Notes: generated by a model not told the origin, from the letters alone. A stretch of DNA of 64,000 bases from Octopus sinensis (GCF_006345805.1 NC_042998.1:45260001-45324000), one strand, 5' to 3'. Shown: positions 23,661-37,240, counted from the first letter of the stretch. Numbers and translations are program-made.

Positions 23661-25734
23661 TATCTGTAATTATCGCTAAAATATATTATCTGTATTTCCA
23701 ACTCCACTGATTACTCCCACCCTCTTTTGTATAATGCATGTAGCCAGCCATGTATCTCCTCTAAACAAGAAACCTGTTTTGGCCTCTTTTTTTTCATATT
23801 CTAACTTCTCATCACCTAGCATAAAGCTGCCTCCCCATCTACTGTAGTTTCAATTCAGTCGGAGGGGATCTTTGTCTTGCAAGCTACATGATAACCTCAC
23901 TAGTTCTGGTGACACAAGATGCACCCAGGGCATTCTATTAAGTGGTTGCCATTAGGAAGGGCATCCAGCTGTAAAAATCATGTCAAAGCAAACATTGGAG
24001 CACATTGTGGTCCCCTGACCTATTGGATCCTGTCAAATCCCTGCCAGCATGAAAGACAGGCATTAAAAGATGGTGATGACATAGACACATAATACCTTAT
24101 AAGTTGTGGCATTTGTGTCTTTCCCATGAGTATTAGGAATGTAATTGTTGAAATTCAACCTGAAAGTGAGAAATTGTATAGATTATCTGGCTTTCATTGT
24201 TGAAGTGATGCTAAAAAAAGAATTTTATAAAATGTGTTTTGAATCTTACTAAAGGTGAACATGGCAAAAGTAGAGATATTTGTTTCAGCTTGACCTTCAC
24301 AGAGCAACTGTATTGGAAGCTCACTTTGATCGGGATGTAAGGAAAAGACTAATTAAAAAGTAATGACTGTACAAATTGTGGGCGTACAGGATGTAGAACA
24401 ATATTCTTAGATGATGATACTTAAGTATCTTATGCTGTACTTAAGGAAAAGTCATATTTAAGAGCTTTTCTTGGTCAGAATCATTGCACTTTTTTTTTTG
24501 TTATTTGATGGATCACTTTTTTTCTATAAAAAGAATTATATTAAGTGTGATGTTAATGCTAAATATTATAATGTATAGCAGGAAATATAGTTGGAATAAA
24601 GGAAGCATTTGTAGACTGATAAAAGAATGGTGGTCATGATTTTGCTGTGTTAAGTCTGGTGTATAATGTGAATGTTACTAAATACCACATGTGTATGAGA
24701 AGAGTTAGTATGAACAAAGGTTTCAAAATATGTATGAAGTTTTAGTTCGCTTATGTAGATCTTACATTCATTCATTCCGCTTCATCTTTTAAATTCCACT
24801 TTCTGTCCACTGCTTATATCACATATCCGTCTTTTAACCATTATCTACATTTTTCACTTAATTTTGAAAATAATCAAACGTTTAGAGAAATTTTGTAAAA
24901 TGGCAGAATCATCAGAGAAAATACTTGTGATATTTCTTCCAACTCTCCATGTTCTGAGTTCAAATCCTGTTAAGGTTAACATTGCCTTTTATACTTTCAG
25001 GGTCAGTAGTACTTGGGTTGACAGTATCGATTCAAAACTGCAGGCCTTGTGCCTAAATCAGAAAGCACTACTAATCTTGTGTTTAGAACATTGCTTAACA
25101 AATTGAGGTTCTTACAAAAAGTAATGATAGATAGTTTAAATAATGACACTTTGAGACAAGCGATTTTATATCATAGGGCCAGAAGTAGTGTTAGCTATGT
25201 TGGTATCAAAAGAAATTCAGTCTTGAATAGTTCTTGCCTACAAAATCCAAATATTCTTCACGGTGGAGAGTTACTTTCTGATGATAAATATCTTCAGCCA
25301 TATTGAGAAAAAAGCTTTGTCTGATTATTGATCAGTCATTTTTTTGTTTTCATGCTGTGCACTCTTCCTATCTTCCCTGGTCTCTATTCTCTTCAATTTG
25401 TTGGTTACTTTCCACCTCTTCTTAAATCTTATTCCATTTGCTTCTCTGTTTCCTTCTACTCTTTTCATATTTCTTCCTCTAACCTGAAAATGAAGACAAT
25501 CTTTCATGCTGAGAATTGCTGTCCTGTGGTAATCTCAAATTACTTCAGGGCATCGAATTCCACTCATTCTCTTTAGTGTTCTGTTAGAAGTATTCACATG
25601 TTGATAGTAACCCCATTCATGCACTCTGTAGTTAGTCGAAATAAGTTTCATTCGGATATTCTTCTCAAGGGAGATGCATTTCAACACATGGTGCTAAGAA
25701 TTTCTGTTCTCCATTAGCTTTGGTAGCTCCTTAA

Positions 25735-25951
25735 CCCTTTAGAATACAGATTACTTTGTCAAATCCAATGTTTATTTATTTACATTGTTTTGAATTAATC
25801 ATGTATAATCTTGTGCCTTCAAGATTTCAATGTGATTGTTTATTTTTACAATGACTTTGTCAGCAAGGTGTGAGGGGCCAGGACTGGCCAGTTTAAACAT
25901 AAAACAAGTACAATATTTTGGCCAAATATGGCTGCTTTAAATGCTAAAGGG
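25735..25951. mobile_element. TTAA-flanked MITE, family 2 (~217 bp)
   Basis: TTAA-CCCTTTAG ... CTAAAGGG-TTAA. Homologous copies at about 27824-28027 and, partial and in opposite orientation, 16580-16790. Confidence 0.8.
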
Positions 25952-27823
25952 TTAATTTTATAGACCTATAATGTCTGTTTTATGTAGTTCAGTGGCCTTT
26001 GTCTGCTATTAGAGTACAGAAGTTCCCAAAATATAACATCTGATAGGACCTGATGTTCAGCTATGATGTAAATAAGGATAACCAATTGTTTAGTAATTTT
26101 GATGGAGAATATTGTATCTTGTTCTCTTTGTTAATTATTGATCGATACCACCATTTTATTTGCGTTAATTGTTAAATTTTTTTTTTATACTAGTGGTAAT
26201 TTGTAATTATTACTTTAATAAAAGTTCATTAGTTAATGAGCCAAACATAATTTTATTCATGAATGAGATTAACTTGTGTTCATTGCATAGCGAACACTAT
26301 TTTAACTTGTAATGGTATCAATCTCTGTGTTTAATAATTATCAAAATATATTGCCCAGTGCCAAATTGATTCATAATTCTGCTGTTTGATCAATGAGGTC
26401 TTACAAACAGATTGATTTTCCTCTCAGGCATGAGGCTTTTGTTTTAGTTATATAGGAGAAGCAGGACTGGGTAATATTCATGCCTTTCTCACTTACAGTA
26501 TGAAGGAAGCAAAACTGGGTCACACACTCAGCTCAGTTGAAGCTTACTTCCTTCTAGCCTTTGCTACTTGCAATTTTGAAACTATTATGAGTTTGTCGAG
26601 TAATCCCCTCTAAATATTGTTAAATAACAAGTAGATTATAGCCAGATTGATGTTGATATGATAATCCGTACTGTTTTTTGTTTGTTTTTTCTTCGGCTTA
26701 TATTGAAAAAGTGATGTTATAAGTAATATTGTCTCAGTTATCTTTTCTACTATCAAAGTTGACACTCCACTGGTACACTCATGGTGATACAGTTTGTTGA
26801 TTTAAATTAGGCTTTTTACATTATTACACCAAACCCTTTGCTCTACGCAGTTCAAGTTCTATCATATTTATAAGTGAAGTTGGCTTCAAATTAAGTCCTG
26901 GAACAAGGGTAAGTAAAATAAAGCAAATAACTATATTTTATGTGTATCATTTGTAGGAAGTTGTTTTTCTTTCTTTTACATCTTTATTGAATAGGCATAT
27001 ATTTTCCTTCTTCAGTATTGCGAAGAATATATTATATGTAAGAATATATTGATATTTTTTAGTTAATTTAAGGCAGCCAGCTGGCAGATATGTTAGCTTA
27101 GCAGTACTTTGTCTATCTTTACGTTCTCAGGTCAACTTTGCCTGCCTTTCATCCTTTTGGAGTCAATAAAATATGTACCAGTTGAGAACTGGGGTTGATG
27201 TTATTGACTTACTCCTTCTCTCAAACTTCCTTGTCTCATGCCAAAATTTGAAACCAATATTTTCAGTTAATTTTTTTGTTCAAAAATTTTATGAGATTTC
27301 ATCATTCTAAAGGTAATTTTGAAGAATTATGTAATTGGTTGCTATGAACTTCACAAATAATTTTGTGTAATATCTACTCTTTGAGAACAAGAATGAAATA
27401 TAATTGTCAGCTGCTAAAAAAATAGGCAGAAAATCTGTATAGATGAGTGTATGTGAACATATATGCATATAAATGTGTATTATATAATTTTTGTGATTTT
27501 TTTGGGTTTTTTTTTCAATTTAGGTTCATTGAAGCTTGAAAAAGCCTAGTAATATATATTGCACAAATTAATATATTTCAATTGTTACTGGCTATAGATC
27601 TCCTAAATATATAACTTTTTATAGATCACAGAAAACTTCTCTTGGAATTTTTATTCAGTGACTTGCTCAATTTTCACAAAATCATTGCATATAGCTATTT
27701 TTAGTTATCAATATATGATTTATTTTACACACAGATATCATTAAATATCTGTACTGTGTGTGTGTGTTTATCAGAGATGGAGCTCCAAATGATTATCAGC
27801 AATATCCCTCCCTGGGTGTTTAA

Positions 27824-28027
27824 CCTTTTAGTATTCAGATTATTTTGTCGAGTATAATGCTTATTTATTCACAATGTTTTGAATTTATCATACATTATCC
27901 TGTGGCTTTGAGATTTTGATGATGTGATTGCTTATTTCTAGAATGACATTGTAGGGCAGGTGTATGAGGCTAGATCTGGCCAGTTTGAATATTTTAGCCA
28001 GATATGGCCAGTTTAAATGCTAAATGG
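27824..28027. mobile_element. TTAA-flanked MITE, family 2 copy
   Basis: TTAA at 27820-27823 and 28028-28031; interior alignable by eye to 25735-25951. Confidence 0.75.
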
Positions 28028-28064
28028 TTAATCCTATTGTTTTAGAAAAGAATAAATAAATAGG

Positions 28065-28285
28065 TGTCAGAGCACGTGGCCTAGTGGTTTGGGTGTTGCA
28101 CTCATGATTGTGGAATCACGGGTTTAAATCCTATACTGGGCAGTGCATTGTGTTCTTGAGCAAAACACTTCATCTCACATGGCTCTGCATTCACTTCAGT
28201 ATCAGGTGTGTGGCACATTGTACACCTGTACACAATATCAATTTGATAGAAAGAGTGAGCTTATGTGCAGGTTGTTCAACAAGAA
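28065..28285 (+). mobile_element. tRNA-derived SINE fragment (family D)
   Basis: A box TGGCCTAGTGG, B-box-like GGTTTAAATCC, then TTGTGTTCTTGAGCAAAACACTTCATCTCAC. Related pieces at about 22330-22460 and 34020-34280. Confidence 0.65.
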
Positions 28286-28321
28286 ATTTTAGAAACATTT
28301 CTCTCAGATCGAGTGACTACC

Positions 28322-28447
<126 letters not shown>

Positions 28448-29365
28448 TCAAGGCAGCAAATTGGCAGAAGCATTACTGTGCTGGGCAAAATGCTTAAGTA
28501 GCATTTCATCCATCTTTACATTCTAAGTTCAAATTCTGCCATGGTTTACTTTGCTTTTCATCCTTTCAGGGTCAATATAATAGTACCAGTTGAACACTGG
28601 GGTAAATGTAATTGATTCATCCCTATCCCAAAAATTGCTGGCCTGTGCCAAAATTTGAAATTATTATTATTATTATTATTATAAATGAACAGGTGATGTA
28701 TGCTTTCGCAAGAATAGCCATGATATAATTGAAATGAAATGGTTAATACTGTATAATGAAATTGAGCGACAAAACAGCAAAAAGACAGTTGCAGTTTGCT
28801 GGGTACTGTCTATGATAATGAGAGTTGCCAGCCTCTCAAAATAACCACCAGGAAACTGAGCCATGAATTAGGATATTAGGATACTGTTGGTGGAATGGCA
28901 TGTGTGTCTCATTCATCACAGCGTACATGACACAAGTACAAGCTGATAAGGGAATCTGGAAGTATCTCAAGCTGAATCTAACTGATGTAGTTAAATTAGG
29001 AAACTGTATCCCTTCTTTCTCTATGACTAATTCACCCTGTATCTGATCCCATTTAAGTATCTAAACATATACTTCCCTTTTTCTTTCTATGCAATAGTAT
29101 TAGGATTTTAATTCACCATTGATTTCTAATGAGATTATAAGCTGAATACCATTTCCAAACTGACTAAGGAAGCTCTATATTATTTTTTCTAATTAATTCT
29201 ATAATTTCTAATTAATCAGCAATTCATAGATGTTTATTTCAACTTGCCATTTCTCTTCTAGAGTATCATTAAAAATAAAGTCTCCCTCCTTCCTTTTTTC
29301 ACATTTTCACTCTGTCTCTGTCTTTCTCTCATTCTCTCTCTTTTCTTTTTTCTCTATCTTGGTTC

Positions 29366-29396
<31 letters not shown>

Positions 29397-29435
29397 TGCA
29401 CTGTTATGTGTTATGTGTGTGTGTGTGTATGTATG

Positions 29436-29484
<49 letters not shown>

Positions 29485-29711
29485 CCATAGTAAGCACATA
29501 AATGCAAAACAAGCTGGAAGAAATAGTACTCGAATACCAGAGTTAGAGTAATATGCTTTATTAAAAAGCAACAAAAATATCTCAAAAACTGTAACTCAGA
29601 GTTTCACGTTCCCGTTTGTAGGACAGTTTCGTTTAGAAAAACAGTCCAACAAATGGGAACGTGGAACTCTGAGTAACAATTATTATATGTTTGTTGCTTT
29701 TTAATAAAGCA

Positions 29712-29713
<2 letters not shown>
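29485..29713. mobile_element. Inverted pair of hammerhead-bearing Penelope pLTR-like repeats (decayed)
   Basis: Reverse complement of 29485-29626 aligns with 7351-7495 (GAAACTC.GAGT.ACAG..AATAAAGCATATTACTCTA.C.CTGGTATT.GAGTACT). 29642-29713 is a second, truncated copy on +. Confidence 0.8.
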
Positions 29714-29758
<45 letters not shown>

Positions 29759-30573
29759 AAGTGTGTATGTATATATATGCATGTGTATGTATATATATAT
29801 GCGTGTGTGTGTGTATATATATGCATGTGTATGTATATATATATGCGTGTGTGTGTGTATATATATATGTATGTGTATATATATGTGTGTATGTATGTGC
29901 ATATATATGTGTATATATGTGTGTATATATATATTGTTTGTTTTTATGCCAAGTTATGATAAAAACAATTTTACATTCAACTGAATGATTACTCAACACT
30001 TTTTGCAGGGTTCATATTTATTGTATTTTTACAAGAAGAGTTGTGACAGTGACTTCGAAGTTTCAATTTGGTAGCCTTTATCGAACAGTGTAACAAAAGC
30101 TAGTAGGCTGACCACTCTCCTTGTAAACAATACACACACACACACACATACATGCAGTTGCCTAAATTAGTAAATTATAATTAATGACTATAATGCTATA
30201 TTCTTTAGAGGATCATTTCCCATTAATCCAAATCATTATCTAAAAATACATCTGTGTCATCAACTAGTCATAACTGATTCACAGACAAACAAGACAGGGA
30301 AAATCTGCTTACAGCATATTAAAAATAATCATTGCTTTATATGATGAATGGTTGGATGAATGGATGGATGGACAGACGGATGGGCAGACAGACACACATT
30401 TATATATATTTTATTTATTTCAGTCATTTGATTGTGGACATAACCTTGATGTTGGCCCAGTAATTGTTTTTTTCAAGCCTAGTACTTATTCTATAGCACT
30501 CTTTTTGCCGAACTGCTAAGGTACAGGGACATGAAGAAACCAACACCTGTTGTAAAGTGGAAGCAGGGAACAA

Positions 30574-30817
30574 AAGGCTGTGAGCTGGCAGAAATGTTAG
30601 CGTGCCGGGCGAAATGCTTAGTGGTATTTCATCTACCATTACGTTCTGAGTTCAAATTCCGCCGAGGTCGACTTTGCCTTTCATCCTTTCGGGGTTAATA
30701 AATTAAGTACCAGTTACACACTGGGGTCAATGTAATCGACTTAATCCCTTTGTCTCTCTTTGTTTGTCCCTTCTATGTTTAGCCCCTTGTGAGCAATAAT
30801 GAAATGAGAAATAGTAT
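30574..30817 (+). mobile_element. SINE family A nested inside a family C SINE
   Basis: 12-bp TSD GCAGGGAACAAA at 30563-30574 and 30818-30829. Host SINE tail at 30415-30560 (-). Confidence 0.85.
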
Positions 30818-30999
30818 GCAGGGAACAAACACACACACATGAACCCCATTATAGTTTGTTCTAACAGAACATCCACATTTAAGTGGAGATAAATAGTGAC
30901 TCAAAGATTTGGCTTCTTTTTCGAGATTAGGAATATTGTGAACAAATATGATTTCTGCATCCACATTGCATCATTTACAAGTTCTCTCATCTTATAGAC

Positions 31000-32150
31000 T
31001 GCAATTGATCCATTTGATCCCTTACCAAAAGGATCTCAATCAACTTTACCAAATCCTCCTTTCCTTCTCAGCCATGATGGTTCTATAAACAATATTCCCA
31101 CAGAGAAAGCCTCCACATGTGCTGCTCACTTTGTACATATTTGGTAAATCCCCTCCTAAATCATCTCATTCCACCAGGCTCGTTACCATGCACATATACA
31201 TGCTAAGAATTAAAAGTATCTCCAGCCAATCCAAATCAACAAGGTCACTGGCTCTGACAGTAATCTCCCTTCTATTTCCTCGGACAACATTCCCTATAAT
31301 TACCCTCCTCCACCCACCCACCCACCTCTCTCTCTCTCTCTTTCTCTCAGTTTTTGTAAAGGCTGATCTACTGTAATTCAACCATCCTGTGGTCACTCAT
31401 TTGTTGACTCTCACCCATGAGAAATTTGGTGAAAACCACATTGCTGCCCTCAACATTATGAAAGCTTTTGACCATATCCGCTACTCAAATCTCCTCAAAA
31501 AACTGCACACTTATTGGCCCCATTCATCTCTCATCTCTTGAATCAGTAGCTTGTCAGATTGCACCATTGCAACATTTCTAACAGGACTTCTCTCATCCAC
31601 ACTCTGTCAACTCGTGTGTCCCAAAGTTTGGATTTGTTCCCATCACTTTACTTGTTACACATCAATGACCTTCTTGCTATCAGCCTCCAACAAAGCTCTT
31701 ATACAAGTGATAATACCATTCATTTCTCTCCAAACTTCTAAACCAAAGCAACATCTACATGCTACCTAGACACCCTATGCCACACCTTTACTTACTTGGT
31801 AAACAGAGCCGTGAAAACATCTTCCAGTTGGATTGTAGTAATTTTATTTCCTTAACATAACAAAGATTCAATTGTTATATGTACCAAGGAAACATTATCG
31901 TATCTTGCTCCACACTAAATATGAACAGCATGCATCTAGAACTCTCGAGATCTCTAAAAATGACAGGCCTCACCTGAAAGAATATACATCTGAAACTTAG
32001 CTAAATCCATATCTCTGGAGACTGGCCTCACTCTTCAGTACTAGAAAATAGTTCAATACCCAACAACTGCTAACTTTCTACTGAGCTTAGATGAGACCCA
32101 TAATTGGTTTCTGAGATAGTTCTCTGTTACCCATTGAGATGTCTTAGGTC
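31000..32150 (+). mobile_element. Highly decayed non-LTR retrotransposon RT region (Jockey/I/CR1-type rather than RTE)
   Basis: FGENHIAALNIMKAFDHIRYSNLLKKL (cf. LDISKAFDRV.H..LL.KL) and STRVSQSLDLFPSLYLLHINDLL..SYTSDNTIH (cf. GVPQGSVLSP.LFLL.INDL..FADD). Outer limits are approximate. Confidence 0.6.
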
Positions 32151-32299
32151 ACATCCAAAGAAATATTGATTGACAATGTAGCCATCTCTCTCTCATTCTT
32201 TCTCAGCTAGCCCACTCATTTGTTCTACTTTTGTCGCCCACTCATTTGTTCTACTTTTGTTGCCCACATTGTGTCCAGTCCTACCCTCCCTGGCCTTAA

Positions 32300-32502
32300 C
32301 CCTTTTGTTACCATATTTCTGTTGAGATGCTCTGTGTTTCTTTCAATTGATTTTAAATATAACAAAGAATTTAGTAAAATGTCTTAGTTATCATTAAGCT
32401 GTCACTAAGGTTTGGTGGAAGATTTTAATTCAAAACTTATGAAAACAAGACATTTATACTACAGAGCCAGAGGCAGTTTTGGCCGGATTGGTATCGAAAG
32501 GG
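32300..32502. mobile_element. TTAA-flanked MITE, family 3 (~203 bp)
   Basis: TTAA-CCCTTTTG ... GAAAGGG-TTAA; second copy at 58205-58426. Confidence 0.8.
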
Positions 32503-32772
32503 TTAATGAACAATTGCTCCCTCTACTCTTATCCTAAACATCTCAGTCCTCAGGAGTTCCTTTTCTGCATATGTTTTGCCTGCTGCCATCAGCTTGTAAC
32601 TCTTTCAGAGGAATATTAACTGCATTAATGTCACCATTCAGCTGAGATTCCGACAAAGGTCACAGACACAACCTATGTCTCTAAACCAAACCTATCAGTA
32701 AAAAAAAGAATAACAAAAAGTTGCAACCAACAAGATTAAATGGAGGTCTGATTTTGCTCAAAACTGTAAGGT

Positions 32773-33075
32773 TGTTTGTTCCTTCTTGAGCCACGCCTGG
32801 CTCATAAGGGTCAGTTTCCCGGTTTCCTTAGCATATAGGTTCCCCACCTGGACGGGACGCCGGTCTGTCACAGGTGTGTTGCAAGATGCAGGAGGAAAGA
32901 GTGAAAGAAAGTTGTGGCGAAAGAGTCAGTAGAAGTTCACCATTACCTTCTGCCGGAGCCGTGTGGAACTTAGGTGTTTCGCTCATAAACACACACATCG
33001 CCCGGTCTGAAATTCGAACTTGTGATCCCTCGACTGCGAGTCTGCTGCTCTAACCACTAAGCCATGTGCCTCCAC
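32773..33075 (-). mobile_element. tRNA-Arg-like SINE, full length with TSD
   Basis: 13-bp TSD AAAACTGTAAGGT at 32760-32772 and 33076-33088; A and B boxes on the minus strand. Confidence 0.9.
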
Positions 33076-33543
33076 AAAACTGTAAGGTGTGAGTTCAGAG
33101 GTATTCGGATACTAACTTGACAAAGGAAAGACACATTGGATAATGTAGTCTTGTTATACCTTTAAAAAAAAAAAAGAGATGGTCATTACTGGAACACATT
33201 CCATCATAAATCTGCTCAATTCTAGCAGAATATGCTGGGATTAAAGAACAATAACAACAGCCTACACACACATATACACCGCCTCAATATACTATTTATG
33301 AATATGTCATTGTGAACTTGTATTTGTTTCTGTTGTTTAAAATAATTCATCTATGTTCAGTGATGACACGATTTTACTTATGACATAATTGTAATGGTAT
33401 TTGGTTAAATGGTATGCGTAGGGGTAGCAGTTGGAGTATACAGTTTACAGCCCACACACTTGTTTTATTTTTTTGTCATAAACGAAGGTGGCATTGTATA
33501 CATAACACCCTGTGGAGGTGGTCACTCCTGTGTTTATATATAC

Positions 33544-33591
<48 letters not shown>

Positions 33592-33604
33592 GTACAGATA
33601 AGCA

Positions 33605-33940
33605 CAGGAGCGGCTCTGTGGAAAGTAGCTTGCTTACCAACCACATGGTCCTGGGTTCAGTCCCACTATGTAGCACCTTGGGCCAATCAAAGCCTTGTGA
33701 GTGGATTTGGTAGACAGAAATTGAAAGAAGCCCATTATGTTTGTGTTTGCCCCCCCCCCCCATCGCTTGACAACTGATGCTGGTGTGTTTACATCCTTGT
33801 AACTTAGCGGTTCGGCAAAAGAAACTGATGGAATAAGTACCAGGCTTACAAAGAATAAATCTTGTGGTTGATTAGTTTGACTAAAGGCAGTGCTCCAGTA
33901 GGGCTGCAGTCAAATGACTCAAACAAATAAAAGAATAGAA
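33605..33940 (+). mobile_element. tRNA-derived SINE family C (CORE-like CCTTGGGCAAGTG in other copies)
   Basis: Head GGTCCTGGGTTCAGTCCCAC; tail AACTTAGCGGTTCGGCAAAAG..CAAATGACTCAAACAAATAAAAGAATA. Copies at about 12155-12300, 19470-19620, 20470-20620, 52250-52390, 54005-54391, 55236-55625, 63610-63770. Confidence 0.8.
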
Positions 33941-34545
33941 CATATATATATATATATGGAAACATTTTGATATGATTCTCTACTCTCTGTCTATATGTGT
34001 ACTGCTTTTCTGTTTAACACATTTAACCAGACACTATTTCACGTTGCACCACTCCACTAAGCTGGCAAAAATGAGTAGTACCTGTATTTCAAAGGGTCAG
34101 CCTTGTCACATTCTGTGTCACGCTGAATCTCCCTGAGAACTACGATAAGGGTACACATGTCTGTAGAGTGCTCAGCCACTTGCACCTTAATTTCATGATT
34201 TCATGAGCAGGCTGTTCCATTGATTGGGCTAACTAGAAAGAACCCTCCCTTGTCATCATAACCGAAGGAGTGCCAGTTTTTTGTTTTATTTTTAACATAT
34301 TGATAATATCAGTGTAAAACAGATTTGAAATTGAAGTATAAGTCATCATCATCATCATCGTTTAGCGTCCGTTTTCCATGCTAGCATGGGTTGGACGGTT
34401 CTACTGGGGTCTGTGAAGCCAGAAGGCTTCATCAGGCCCAGTCAAATCTGGCAGTGTTTCTACGGCTGGATGCCCTTCCTAACGCCAACCACTCCGTGAG
34501 TGTAGTGGGTGCTTTTTACGTGCCACCCGCACTGAAAAATGAAAT

Positions 34546-34790
34546 TATTTTTACTCTTATTTCTTTATTGCCCACAAGGGGCTAAACATAGAGGGGACAA
34601 ACAAGGACAGACAAAGGGATTAAGTCGATTACATCCCCAGTGTGTAACTGGTACTTAATTTATCGACCCCAAAAGGATGAAAGGCAAAGTCAACTTTGGC
34701 GGAATTTGAACTCAGAATGTAGTGGCAGACAAAATACCACTAAGCATTTTGCCTGGCATGCTAGCGTTTCTGCCAGCTTGCTGCCTTTTT
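34546..34790 (-). mobile_element. SINE family A
   Basis: Reverse complement aligns to 816-1045 along its length. Confidence 0.85.
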
Positions 34791-35964
34791 AACTCTTAAT
34801 ATCCAACTTCAGTTTAAATGTGACAAGGAGGTTTCCTAAAAATATATCTTTTGGCTCAGTATTTTTCAAATTAGATTTCTCAATGATTGCCAACAAGATC
34901 CAATAACTAAACAGCTTAGTTTGTGTTTATTTACTATATTCATATAATACATGCATGCACACATGCACACACATGTATACACAACTTTACAGTTTACATT
35001 ACAGTCGACATACAAAAGATATTTATACACACCACAAGCTTAAAGCATGTGCACTATTATACTATACACATTGATTACACATTCCAGTACTACATGCACA
35101 CAGTCACTCCATGCACAATGTACATGGGTACTGTCTGTACAATCCCAGCACACAAAGTCATCTCTAGAGCCTTTGTGTGGGCAGTTGATATGCTGGAAAC
35201 AGCAGCAAATCACATCCCACCATGTTAGAAACAGGAAGGACACATTACATAATGTATTTTTAGATATTTGAAAAGATGGGATTGCCATTGCTGGAATGTT
35301 TTGATCATGTTTTTGAACTTGGAGTTGTTGTTTGGCCTAAACTGTGGCCAAACAAGTTCTTTTGCATTATAAAATGCCTGTCAAGTACTTTTAGTAATTT
35401 TGAGGTCAGTTCTGATTAAAAAGACCCACAAAGACATTCCAGTATTGACCATCCACTGTGTGTATGTGTATTTCTTTTTCTCCCCTGGCACTGTATATGT
35501 GGGACTACATTATCCATAGTGTCCTCTTTTTTGAAGCTGAGGGTGTAATTTGAAGGAGATTTGACTGCTATTTCTAGCAGCTTGAACAACCATTGAGAGG
35601 CCCTCACATTGTCTCATAAGTCATTAGTACTTTTAAAAGGAAGCACTTCTTTGGCTGTTTTGTTGTGTGTGTGTGTGTGTTTGCGTGCATGCGTGTGTAT
35701 TTTCAGCATAATTCATACACCAAACACTACAAATTATGTTAATAATACCACTTATTCGTTTTTTAAGGAATTTGCTGACTTTTCTACATTCCATGTGACA
35801 AAAATACCCCATTTAGTATTAGCTGCCTGAAGAGGATGGGGGTGGAAAATATGAAAGATATATCTGATATCCCACATTTTTACTATTCTGCTTTCCAGCA
35901 GTCTGTTTTCAAACACATTCAGTTTTTTTGGGCTTTTTTTATGTTCACTATATATATATATAAA

Positions 35965-35984
<20 letters not shown>

Positions 35985-36009
<25 letters not shown>

Positions 36010-36296
36010 ATGATTATGATAAAGGCTGTTGACTAAATTATATGTATGAAGACAAATTTCTTCAGTTTTTAAAGTTTACTAGAAATTTAAACTTTACCAT
36101 TTTAAAAATTTCTGTAAATATCTAGATCTTGATTATTTGGGCATTTTCCTCTTTCTTTACATTCTATACCAGTGTTTCTTAACCTTTTTACCCTTGTGTA
36201 ACCCTTAAAATGACATGTCTCAAAGAACCCCTGCGCAAAAAAAAATTTCATATCATATCTTACTCATATTTTTTTCATTGTAGTTTCATGTGATAG

Positions 36297-36330
<34 letters not shown>

Positions 36331-36640
36331 TATATATATGATGATGATTATGATAAAGGCTGTTGACTAAATTATATGTATGAAGACAAATTTCTTCAGT
36401 TTTTAAAGTTTACTAGAAATTTAAACTTTACCATTTTAAAAATTTCTGTAAATATCTAGATCTTGATTATTTGGGCATTTTCCTCTTTCTTTACATTCTA
36501 TACCAGTGTTTCTTAACCTTTTTACCCTTGTGTAACCCTTAAAATGACATGTCTCAAAGAACCCCTGCGCAAAAAAAAATTTCATATCATATCTTACTCA
36601 TATTTTTTTCATTGTAATTTCATGTGATATATGTATATAT
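35985..36640. repeat. 334-bp near-perfect tandem duplication
   Basis: ATTCTATACCAGTG occurs with CAG at 36170 and 36504 (offset 334). Units are almost identical and are bounded by (TA)n. Confidence 0.92.
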
Positions 36641-37240
36641 ATATATATATATATCTGCATCGCCGTAGTGGCACTTGTGCTGGTGGCACGTGAAAAAACA
36701 TCCAAACGAGGTCGTTACCAGTGCCACTCGACTGGCTCCTGTGCAGGTGGCACATAAAAAGCACCATTTGAGCGTGGCTGTTGCCAGTACTGCCTGACTG
36801 GCCCTCGTGCCAGTGGCACCCACTACATTTTCAGAGTGGTTGGCATTAGGAAGGGCATCCAACTGTAGAAACTCTGCCAGATCAGATTGGAGTCTGGTGC
36901 AGCTATCTGGTTTGGCAGACCTCGATCAAATCGTCCTACCCATGCTAGCATGGAAAGGGGACGTTAAACGATGGTGATCATATATATATATAGATATAGA
37001 TATGGTGTCCATAAATTACAGACATGACTAAATATATCCCCAATGGTTGTTATATTCTTTTGTTAACATAATAGGTTAGATAGGATGAAGTCTGTATTAC
37101 AATAACCAATAATATGTAGTGTATGTATGATAATATTACAATCGTGAAATTGGCATCAGCTTATTTCACTTTCTCGTGGAACTCCTAGGTACCTTTTGTG
37201 GAACCTTAGAGTTCCAGGGAACCCCAGTTGAGAAACGCTG
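36504..37240. mobile_element. Non-autonomous hAT-type element with nested RTE 3' end
   Basis: TIR CAGTGTTTCTTAAC vs reverse complement of the right end CAGCGTTTCTCAAC. 8-bp TSD TTCTATAC at 36496-36503 and 37241-37248 (central TA, Buster/Charlie-like). RTE tail inserted at about 36660-36980. Confidence 0.85.

Noticed and set aside
26851-26908. Possible 58-nt exon (CTACGCAG acceptor, GTAAGT donor; open frame SSSIIFISEVGFKLSPGTR)
   Set aside because: No recognisable homology, and its 3' phase (0) does not match the phase-2 start of the TBC exon. Such splice-like signals are common by chance; needs RNA-seq.
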